Source: Laetmonice hystrix (lineage: Eukaryota). From it: a DNA stretch of 64,000 bases. A program made the position numbers and the translations under genes. Location of the stretch: positions 5,890,001 to 5,954,000 of the forward strand of contig OZ249451.1 in assembly GCA_965235115.1 (NCBI GenBank), written 5' to 3'. Below, piece by piece: positions 12,101 through 24,100 of this stretch. Every line of letters starts with the position of its first letter. Within the stretch, counting starts at the first letter, position 1. Below the pieces are notes generated by a model. The model saw only the letters and a program-made list of their open reading frames with translations, did not search any database and was not told the DNA's origin.

Positions 12101-15100
12101 GGGATCCAAGGTCATGTAACGGGATCCAAGGTCATGTAACGGGATCCAAGGTCATGTAAAGGGATCCAAGGTCATGTAAAGGGATCCAAGGTCATGTATT
12201 GATAGTTTTCTCATGTATTTTCCAGGTTTCAGTATATACTGGGTGCACCTACTTCACCAGCCACTAAGATGAATGAGGAAACGTTGACTTACTTGAATCA
12301 AGGTAGGATGCATGTTCTCAATAAAAGAAAAGAAAATCTCTAGATTAATTGACTGTAACTGTTCATAATTAGATTTATTAACATGACTAATTGAGTTCTT
12401 TTTTTTTCTTTCAGGCCAGTCTTATGAAATCAAACTTAAAAGATATGGAGAAACCGCAGAGTACGGCAACATAAAGGTAAGTATTAAAGAGTTTATTTTT
12501 CAAATTTTAATTTTTCAGGGGTCGCACCTTTGTCATAGAATCCTCCAGGCCCGGTGTGAAATAAAGTTCGTTCCCCTATACAGTATTTGCAGTTGAATTT
12601 GGAAATACCACGGAATCAAATATAACAGAAATCCTAGCAAAAGAAGACTAAAAAGATACAGAGCATTATCCTGAATTGTAAGGCAAGGATTTAAGACCTT
12701 ATTGTCAATTTGTAATGAATGTTTTTTCAGAGTATTGTCCGAGTGGTGTTCCATGACCGCCGTCTCCAGTACATGGAGTTGGAGCAGCTCCAGTTGTGGA
12801 GACTGGGACGGCCCGGAGAACGATTACTTGACATTGGTTAGTACACCTTACACTGGTTATAGTCACACTCGTAATGCAGTGAGGGTGGCAGGGGTGTTAG
12901 GGTTAAGGTAATGAAATGAGATGGGTTTAGCAAAGTTAAACTTATTGAAAAATTTTCCGCAGTCTGACGAGTCACAAAACGTGTCGAGATTTTCTGAAGC
13001 GGTAATCCTGACTGTGGAAGCACTTGGTGCTGACAAAGCAGAATCAGAAACATCAAATGTCAAGATAATGCCAAGAAAGTATGACTAAGTACCATACTAA
13101 TATCAGGAATTGCCTGGGTGAAACAGACTGAGTCTAACTACGTAGTGTTTTTATTTTCACCGTAGATATACCTTTGTCATCCGGAATCACTGATGTCAAG
13201 GTCGAGTCCAACAAACTCAACTCGGTCTCGTTTCGATGGGACCAGAACAAGGACTGCAGTGTGTATGTGAAGGTAAGTCTTAATATATCGTTCTGATACA
13301 CCTCGTCAAACATGAGTATGAGTTCGGGATATGTGGTAGAAATACCCAGGACATAGAGAGTTATGTCAAGAGCACAGAATGAACTGAAGAAATTGGGTTT
13401 TGCCACATCCATTTTGAGATATTTTTGTGTGGTCTTGTTCTGAAGAAATACCAAACTTTTAATAATTGGAGAATTCTGGAGAGGATACAGCCTCGTTAAA
13501 ACCGTATTAAATAATTATTCAATCTTTCTGTGCCCATCGAACCTCTAATGTGAGGTATTGTAATTTGTGTACTAAAAAAACGCTGAGGGACCTCAAAACT
13601 GGGCTGGATTTTGTAATCTTTCATGTCCGTTTCTCAAGCCAGGGATTTTTCCAGATTCCTGCTTTTTCCGCCAAAAAATTTAACACTCAGTGACCGCTGT
13701 GAATCCGTTTTTTCTCCCTTACCTGATCACACCTGTGATTTCTTCCAGGTGCATTGCATAAGTACAGAATTTACAGCCAAGAAACATGGTGGAGAGAAAG
13801 GTGTGCCGTTCAGGGTACAGGTTGAGACTTATGTTGAGGAGGACGAAGACTCGCGTTTGGTACACTGTGCGTCATGTCAGGTCAAAGTGTTTAAGGTGAG
13901 TCAGAGAACAGTCAGTATAATGGTGAAATTTTGGTATTTTGTGCCACTGTTATATATTAGATGGTTCTTGTTAAACATATTTTCGTTCTTCCTTAATTGT
14001 TCAGTAGTACTTACATGTAAATAAACCATACGTCTAAATGTTGTTTATGTAGAGCCTTTAATTTTTAACATTTTTTTCTTTTCTTATTTCAGCCGAAGGG
14101 AGCAGACAGAAAACAGAAGACTGATAGAGATAAAATGGAAAAACGCTCAGGGTCAGAAAAGGTAAATTTTAATTATTTGTCAAAAAAGGTCAATTTTAGT
14201 TTGTCATAAAAGGTAGTTCATTACTCTGATCTATATAAGGAATTTTTGACGTTCTGACAGTAAAGAATTGTGTCTTTTGCATAAACCAACCGTATGTCTG
14301 ATTTTATGAAGATTGAGATGTCATTGCACATCCTATATTCCTGGCTCGCTGACAGTATCGGTGGAGCCGGGGACACAAGCTAGCTTAATTCACTGCCACA
14401 ATCGGTCACGATCATCAAATGATGCTATACCAGGGTAATACTTTTCAACAATTTTGGGATAATTCACTTTCAAAATATGCAGCAGTGTGCCCCCCCCCCC
14501 CCCACATGAAAAAGAAAGAAGGGTAAAAACATATGGAAATCGTGCAAATACACAGTGCAGAGAAAGTTCATGGTATATTAACCTAAGGGAAATTCCAAAG
14601 GAAACTTTCCAGTGCTTAGATAGAAACCTGTATGACGTTATCAGGTCAATGGACGGTTTATCACTCCTGGGGATACACGGGTCTGCAGGCTCCCTCTAGC
14701 GTCAATATAGCTAACTACCAGTTCCCCATTTTACATTTTCCTATATTGATCTTATTGTAATCATTTATCTTAATTTGAATTAATAGTTGGCAGTTGTAGA
14801 CACTTTAATGTTCCATTAATCACAGGTAAATCATACTTCGAGTCCAAACTTAACGTTTCTGTCATTCAAGGTTCCATCGTCAGGCTGATAAGATTGACTT
14901 TTGCCTCGTCTCACATAGATAAATCTTAACTTGTTGAACTTTATGAAAAGGCAATAATTTTACTAGGCTATTAGGTTCTGTTGGATACAATTTAAATAAA
15001 AAAGCCTTGTATAAAATCACCCTCCATAAAATCATAAAATTAGGACAGCACTGGCATAACATTGGTATGCATACATGTAGGTTTTGAAATTGTGAAAATT

Positions 15101-18100
15101 TTTGTATATATTTATTGACAATCGTGACACTAAGGGCAAGGGTTTAAGTTCTATCCAAACGTTTTTTGTGAGGAAGTACCGAATTGTTCATGACTAAGTG
15201 TTAAAACCCCAGCCCCCCCAATAGATATAGACCATTCTCATCATGGTACACCAGGGTAGCCGGGGAAAAAGAAGGCTCACGAGCAAGGAGGCCAGTACGC
15301 ATGCAAGAAAAAAGAGGACTACTTTATCCCAACATTGTACAACGCTGAATCCGTCATATTTGATAAATGAGGCCGACTTTTTATTGGCCAAGCCGAGTGC
15401 CATTTACCGTGGTGATGTGGCAGTTATCCAAGACAGGTCAATGTGAGATTGGGGCAGGCCAGGGTGGTATCTCTGAGAGGGTCGTCGGGAGGGGTTGGAG
15501 GGGTGGGGGCGGGGGGGGGGGGGCCGGTGGACTGAGGACACAGAACAATGTATTCAGACTGGCACTGTAACAGTGCTGCTGCAACCATCGCAAATTTAAT
15601 AGATGCCGGTATAGATTCAAAATAAAAGTAAAATAGGAAGATTCTCTTGTGTGCAGATTAGGATAAAGTAATGTGCTTTTAGTTGTTTTGCAGGCGCGGA
15701 TCTAGGTTTGCGCCCAGGGGTGCGGTGGGGTGGGGGGTTGTGCATGTTTTGTAGCAAGAAAGAAGAATTACTTTGTAACAGGGGGGGGGGGTAGTAAACA
15801 CCCCCCCCCCCCCCCCCATAATCCGTCACTGTGTTGTGTTTTACTTATAAGTTATTAGGTGAAAAGTTATTAGGTGAAAAGTAAATCTGTAAGATGCAAG
15901 GTTCTTGAAACGCAGAACCATTGAGGAAAATAAACGAAATTGACTCTGTTATAGTACTGACTTCATACACGGCCCATAGCACAATGCTTGCTAACCTATG
16001 GTATTATATCCTGAAAGTTATGTTTCAATACTCCACAGGAGAAAGGAATTTGACTTGTGTTTCAGGATGTATCAGAAAGAATGTGTACTCCATAAATATC
16101 AGCTTAGTTCTCAGTGTTATTGCCTTGGTAGGGGGCCTTTTGGTCACCTCTATGAAATGTCTTAACAAGTTTAATATTAGTACAACAAAAATGTATACAG
16201 TTTGCAAGAATAAGTTGGTGAGGTATTTCCAGGGTCGTGTGCAGGATTTTTTTAGGGGGTTAGACTCAGGCTAAGGGAAGCCGTGCTAGGGGGTCTAGAG
16301 CATGCCGGAAAATTGTGGAATTTAAGGTGTAAATTGGTGGCATCTGGTGCATCTTAGAGCACAAAATAAGGTCTGAAATGGCATGTCAAAAGTGCTAGAA
16401 GGGCTTTTTCATTATCTGGATCAGCTATTTTATAACATGAAATTATAATGTCTTAGTGTTATTGATTTGCATTTAAACAAAGGAACACACAAAAGGGTCA
16501 GCTAGGTCATCATGGTGTTAGGGTTTTATAGATGTCGGGCCTATGCTGACCATGATAAGTAGAGACATGTAGCAAGTCTTGTTATGGCCTTGACATTATA
16601 TGTGAGGGACTAGGGCAAGTCTTGGCAGTGGAGCAGGGCATGGTAGGTCCAATCCAGTTCCCGCTGGTAGAAGCAGCTGTCGATCCCGGAGAATATAAAC
16701 ACGGGAGTGTGCGGGCGGGGGGTGAAGGAGTGTGTGGAGCAGGTCGCCGTCTGGGCAGTGAGTCTGTGACAGTGGACGCAGGGGGCAGGCCGTACTGTTG
16801 CCATAGACCACCAGCCGTTTTAACTGTGGTGTATGTGAGTGAGGAGGGGGATCCCAACCATCACATCCCCCGGGAGTACCGTGGAGGGGAGGCCGGTACT
16901 GGGGCCGTGACGGGCCGTGACGGGCCGTGAGGACGGACGGTGTCGGGAGGTGGAACTTTCCATGGACACTACAAGAAGGTTGGAAAGTTTCCATGGGGCA
17001 GGGGGCCTCTGGACTTGTTAAGTAAATCGGCTCAGGCCATGGATCATGGCGAGATTAAGAAATCAAGTTGGGAGGGTTCATGGAACTGTTTTGGGAAGGG
17101 TCAGTCTCGTGGATCAGTCTGGCAGAAGAGACATGGATCATTTTTGTAGGGTATGGATTCTTGGATCAGTTGGGAGATTTCATGGATCAGTATATAAGAG
17201 CCTACAACATGGATCAGTTGTTAATGGGGTGTCATGGATCAGTTTGGAGCTTTCATGGATCAGTGAATCAGTACAGGAGGAGCTGCGGATCAGTTCGTCA
17301 GATTTTAAGGATCACCTGAGGATTTTCAAGGATCATAATTATTGCCAGGTTTCACATGGATCAGCCCCTGTAGAAATTACATGGATCAGTTGCAGAACCG
17401 TTCTGGATCACTGAGATTGTATGAAAACAAAAGGATTGTGGCCCTTGCACTGACCATCAACCAGTGGAGGTGCATGCTCCCTATTTATTAGGATTTAATT
17501 ATTCTTTAGAAATTGGCGTCATCTAAGTACAGGGACTGTAGATAAGATAATCAAGTCAGAATTAATATATATATTAATTAATGTATATTACAAAGTAGTA
17601 TGATTAATATATAAGCAGCAGGCTGGTATATTACTGGTATCTGAAGAAGCTATAGGAGTGTGGGTGGGTGGGAGCAACTTGACCGGGAAGTGCAGGGGGG
17701 AGGCGGGGGGGGGGGGAGTGCTGGAATAGCTCAGGTGGAGGTCGGCACCTTGGAGTCCTACCCAGCAGGTGAAGCTAGTACACAGTCTGTGACGCTGATG
17801 TGTTGAATTCTTGCTCTTGGTTAAGTGAGGCAAGACTCAGAAACCAGTCAGATCGAGAAATGTTGCCTAGCTGGGTCGGGTCAGGTCAGGTCAGGTCAGG
17901 TCAGGTCAGGCTGGGGCTGCCTGTCTGGCTACATGGTGTTGTTTTCTCATCATTTCAACTCAGCCGAACCTAAAGCAAGCCGGGCATACTTGACTGCTTC
18001 CTGGGCGACTGGGGCTCTCAGACTCTGAGGCCCTTGTAACCAGTAGACTGGTACATAGTATGTGTGGAGATGTATAAGTAAGTCTACACCAACTTTATAT

Positions 18101-21100
18101 GTCGTGTTCACACTGAGTTGACCTTAATATTGACATTTGAAGGCAAACTAGAAAAGATCACAACTCTATCATGAAGAGTGTTATTTTCTGTGCGGGTGAA
18201 GGTAGGATTCTCTGTAATCTTCAGATATTGAGGTATCAGTGTTATCCTTATAGATGTGTTTGCCCTGCAGTGAAACAGTGTCTATTCACCTGTTATCAGT
18301 GTAGTTTTGTGGTGTTTGAGGAGGTCTTCCAGTGCAGTGTTATAATGTTTGAGAGGTATTAGTGCACCATGATATTTAATTTTTTGCAACTTATGAAGAT
18401 TTTTTTTTTTTTTTTTTCATGAAAACTACAACAAATGAAATTTTTCCTAGTGCAGAAAGAACGCAGCAAACTTTTTTTTGACAGAGCATGGAAATTATAC
18501 TAGTGAGAGCTTCGGCCATATGCCTTTGTTCAGTTTCCAATGTCCCTTTACATGTAAAACTGGTCAAGGAAGTTTACAAAAGGTTGCTTTTGTACCGTTG
18601 TTATATTCATAGATTGAATATCAATGACTTTTTTAGCCCCCACAACGGGGGGCTTATAATTCGACCTCCGTCCGTCCGTCCGTCCGTCCGTACGGCCGTC
18701 CGTCCGTCCGTCCGTCCGTATGTCCGTAGACAGCGATTTCTCAGAAGTGTATGGGTCGATTTCTTTGAAACTTCACACAAGGATCAGGGATGAACTGAGG
18801 ATGATGCACGTCAAACAGATTTTTGATATCATTCAAAATGGCCGTTTGGCGGCCATCTTGGATGTAAACACATTTTGAGCAATAACTCAGCCAAAACAAT
18901 CACGATTTCTTTCAAACATGGTGCAGGGATGAGGCATAATGAGGGCCAATATGCATCACAATAAAATTTCAATTCAGATCCAAAATGGCGACATGGCGGC
19001 CATATTTGTTTCTTGACCCCCACAATGACACTGTTTTGGCTTATATCTCGAAAACGGTGCAAGATAAGGCAATAGTTACTATTATTGACAGATAGGAAGT
19101 CATATATGACGTTTCATTTGGCGCCATTTTCGATGACCTTGAGCGACCTTGAAAGGTCAGTCAAGGTCATGCATATTTTCAATAGCCTGGATCTTCAAAA
19201 CAGTTAAAGATAACGACATAATCTTGCATGAAACATTACATAATGATCCGGAACAGTCCACGGATGACGTAGGTCAAAGATATTTTTGACATCAGTCAAA
19301 ATGGCCGCGTGGTGGCCATCTTGGATGTAAACACATTTGGAGCAATAACTCAGACAAAACGATTCCGATTTCTTTCAAATTTGGTGGAAAGAAGGTGTAT
19401 CTGAGGGGCAATGTATATGCCAATGTATTGCCAGCTCAGAGCAAATATGGCGACACGGCGGCCATATTAATATTTTACTCCCCCCCCATAACACTGTTTT
19501 GGCTCATATCTCGAAAACGGTGCAAGATAAGGCAATAGTTATTATTATTGATAGATAGGAAGTCATATATGAAGTTTCATTTGGCGTCATTTTCCATGAC
19601 CTTGAGCGACCTTGAAAGGTCAATCAAGGTCATGCATATTTTAATGGCCTGTACCTCCAAACCAGTTGAAAATAATAACATCTAATCTTGCATGAAACAT
19701 TACATAGTAACCAGGGACAGTCTAAGGAGGACACAGGTCAAATATATCATTAAAAATGGCTGCTTGGTGGCCATCTTGGATTTAAAGAAATTCGAAGCAA
19801 TTTCGTTCTTGCTGACAGAATGCATGAGGGGCAACAAGCGTGCCAAAAGTACGCATAGTTCTTGGACCCACAGATAATTTGTCCCTACTCAGTTGCTTCA
19901 CGCCCGATAACGCTATCAAACTGTACATAACTGACCTCTAAAGGTCAATCGAGGTCAAGCATATCTACAAAACACTTCATGTCGGATAACACTATCAAAC
20001 TGTACATAACTGCACATGCATCTTTACGTCGGATAACGCTATCAAACTGTACATAACTGCATAGAACTTTACTAAGTTTACGAAGTTTCATTTGACAATA
20101 TTTCCTTTGCCCTTCAAAGATCAATCGAAGTCGTGCATCGTTTATTCACGAATCCATAGTTCGTGGTGGGGGCTATAAGCTTCACAAGCTTGTTGACTGA
20201 TAATTTTGCAGAAATTTCCTGTGACATTAATTGTCAGTTCTATTATAAGAACCAACTGGGCAGATATGTCACATAATTTATTATTAGTGAGGTACCGGTA
20301 ACAGATGAACTATATATACATCAGTATACTTCCTACAAAAAACATTGCCTGTCTCAAATTAGCCTCTGGTTGTGTCAGCGAGTGCTGCTATCACGTTGAC
20401 CCATTTCTATGATCTTGATATGCAGATTTGAGTATGCCACAGAAAAAAAATCCCAGTCAGGATAGTTTTTCTCTAGTCAGGACTTTGTCCCCAGCTAATT
20501 TGATATTGTCAGTGATAGCAAGCATTAGATTTGGTGTCTGCAGACTGAGTCAGTGAATGATAGAAAAACAGCGCCACCTATCGTTAGTGTGATATTTAGG
20601 GTGCCACGTTCTGATTGGTCCAAGGACGTACAGTGTCTGGTTGACAAGTGGGTATTGTCTTACGGTGTGAAACGTTTAGAATAGGAACGAACCCAAAAGT
20701 TCCCTGGAACAGTGCATCTAGGATGTGGACAGGACACTCTGGAAGTAACAGCACTTGTCTCTTAAAGACAGAACAACTATGTTAGATTTTTGTAGATGCT
20801 CTAAGATTTGTTGTGTTTTCAACTAACTGATTATATACTTATTACTATGATTCTGTCTTTTCAGGAAAAGTATCAGCCTTCATACGAGTTTACAGTACTG
20901 TCGGAGGTAAGTAATTCAGCTAACATTTCGAGACAGAATTATGATAAATATATTTGTAATTATTCATGAGTAATAATAACTCCCCCCCCAAAAAAAAAAA
21001 AACCTGGAAAACTAGAGAAAAAACTAAAGTGCTGGTATATATGAAACTAGTATTGCATGCTGGTATAAAGTATGACACTAAGGGCTGCTGCCAGAAAATT

Positions 21101-24100
21101 GTTTGTTTTTGCATCTATTGGAGTTCCCACATTTTATAATTAGCTGATTGAATGAAATTAGAAATTATTTGTCTCATGACCTTGACCTTGGCTGTGAATT
21201 AACCTTGACCCTGCGTATTCAGCTGCCCTTGGAACAGGTGCAGAGTTATCTGGAGCAGCTGCTGCAGCAAGAACTGCTGCAGCCTGAGTACAAGAAGTGG
21301 TCGGACTTCAATGTAAAGAAGTGGAACATTTCACCACCACCACCGCCAACACCTGCAGCAAGCTCGACCTCCGAGACGACCCCCTCCCACATGGTCAACT
21401 ATAACCTGGGAGATGCGCCCTACAGCCCTGCCAGCTCTGTCGAGTCACTGTATGTCTTAAATTGTCTAATTAGACGGATTAAATAACTTAGATTAAACTT
21501 CACCAATATAATTATAAAGTGCATTTTTGGGGTCCCATATTTGTTATCTTTTGTCAGGTTTTGCCCCTCATTGTGGACTCAGCAGAGATACTAGGGTTTG
21601 TCACTCCAGCACAGGGCTGGAAAGTGTTTGGTGGGTTGCTAAAGCAACCAAGAACCAGTTATGTCTTGATGACGTCACAATGTGTGTGACATCACTAACT
21701 GACTTCACAGTAGGTGTGAGTCACAGTTAATTTTGATGAAGTCACAAAAACACATTTTACTGTGATCAGTTAACGTTATACCAGAAATATATGTGGCCAA
21801 GAAAGTGTGTTGAAGATGATGTTTGCCACTGAAGTTCAGTTTAGGAGTACAGCAAACTCACATTATTTACCTCAGACTATGTTGAATTACTTTACTTTAA
21901 ATTTAATGTTAAATCACTTTTTTTCATTTCAGTGAGAAAAGTCGTCCAAGCCGGAAGTTCCGAGGTAGCACCAGCGATGAGACGCCCTCCGTGGCTGTCC
22001 CAGTGCCAACCAAAGGGTCAAAGAGTTCAGCCACAGCTAGCGTGGCGTCGGAGGTGGGTGTAGTGCAGCGCCATATTGTGATTAAACCACGAACTAGCAA
22101 CACACCTCTGATGTTTTCAGAGCCTTGTGCAAAGACTGAAGATGTGAGTATAGAATAATGGATATGACCAGGGCTGGAGACTCCTAACATTATCAATAAA
22201 TCACCTGCTTGTTCTAAAATTCTCAAGGTGTACTCAAAGAAATCTGACATGCCATGAGAAACTCATAATTTCCATTTATAATTTACACTTTAGCATCATT
22301 GGGGAGGAAAAATTCCTCAACCCTTTTAGATAATAATGCTTTAGAATTTATGAACAACCAGGTGCACGTTTTTGAAAACAAGCAAAAAACTCATTTTGCT
22401 GACTAAAATCAAAGGCTGCTTTGTAGTCACACTCATGTTTCACCTGGTGCTTTAGAGTTCTTTATTTGCGACATTTGCTGTAAATTGTCTGCTTGATCTG
22501 AGTGTCCAGCCCTGAATTTTAAGTGGTGTTACGAAAAGATTTGTAATTTATCTTTGTCTTACAAGTTGACAACATAACTTGAGCATGGATACATCCTGGC
22601 ATTTCTCTTTGCTTTGTTTAAAACCAGCGTCTTATGTGACATAAACTTGTATCCGACTTGTTGGTAACAAAACAAATTGATTTGAATTATGCTTGTGCAT
22701 GTGTAACAGTACTGGGTGATACCCAATCTGACTATTCCCACCGGTTGGTTGTAAACTAGCATCTACAGGTTACCTTGATCCCGTGGTATAAACCACATCC
22801 GTGTCTAATCTCCAGTCAAGTTTTAGGGCCAGTCAAGGCTAGAGCTACTGAGCAGAGAATCATGAAACTTAACAGGTCTTTAGGCAATTTATCTCTGATT
22901 TTTTTTTCATCCTTTATCAATTTATAGGAGTTGATGTAAAGTTTAAGGCAAGTAACTACGACACCTGGGGGCGGGGGGGGGGCGGGGGGCGTTTCACGCA
23001 CTGTATGAGGGTACATCTCAGATTATAATCAGAAGAATTCCTCAAGTCAAGTTCTGTTCCATGAAGGAAGGGTTTTATCAGTGTTGAGGTGGTAATGGTG
23101 GGTTGCACACTTGGAGAGTGTGAGTACCTAAAGTCTGGGTTAGGATTCGCTAGCTAGAGTATTCATGCTGTACAATCAGTTTGTGATCACCAATAGTGGT
23201 ATGTGGTATTTGATCCACTTTGATTATTGCAGACTGTCTGGTGCTTTATGTTGACAGATTAAGCCGCTGTCGTCAACGGCAACGGCCCAACAAGTGACAA
23301 CATGGCTCCAGGCGAATCGCTTCTCAAACTATGTCAAGGTGTTCCAAAATTTCTCAGGTAGGTCGGAATTACCCGGCAGCATTATTTTGAGTAGCACACA
23401 TCAGAACTCAGAAAAGAAAAACTTCTACAAAGGACTTATGGAAGCAGCAGCCCCCCCCCCCCTCCCCCGGCATTCCAAGTGACCGAATTCCAAGTACATG
23501 AATTTTCTCCTGTTTGCAGGTGCCGATGTTCTTCGTCTTACGAGGGATGATCTTATACAGATATGTGGACTTGCCGACGGAATACGGTTAAACAACGCAA
23601 TACAATCAAAGTAAATGTCATGTTTGTAAAGTTTGGAAATTCATGGAATAGGTAACGTTTCCACCTTTAATCAGCACAGCAAAGTAAAAATACTGTACAT
23701 AAGTTAACCTGTTCTGATAAATCCAATGTTTGATTGTAGAACGGTCCGCCCTAAATTGACCATATACGTCAGCCAGATGGACGACTCAGCTAGCACAAGT
23801 AAGAGTTACTCTAATTCCTTGAGCAACCTGATATAAGTTATAAATGTAGGGATGTGTTTAAATGCAAACCATATAGGTTTGATAGTTATCCGGTGACAAG
23901 CTATTCGTACTCTAACTTGACACATGTATCCTACATGCCATAACGTACTAACAGGGATATATTGATAGCTAGAACAATCAGTTGACAGTGACTGCAAGAT
24001 TACAAATGTTTTAATTGTTCAATGTCGGTTCATCCACCAGAATCTACAAAGTCAAGCGGACAGCTGAATGTGACAAACAGTGACAAGTCCCCGTCAGTGT

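Noticed and set aside
17041-17410. CRISPR-like appearance (constant motif with variable spacers)
   Set aside because: The conserved part is only 6-10 nt, spacing is irregular, there are no cas genes, and the context is a eukaryotic intron.
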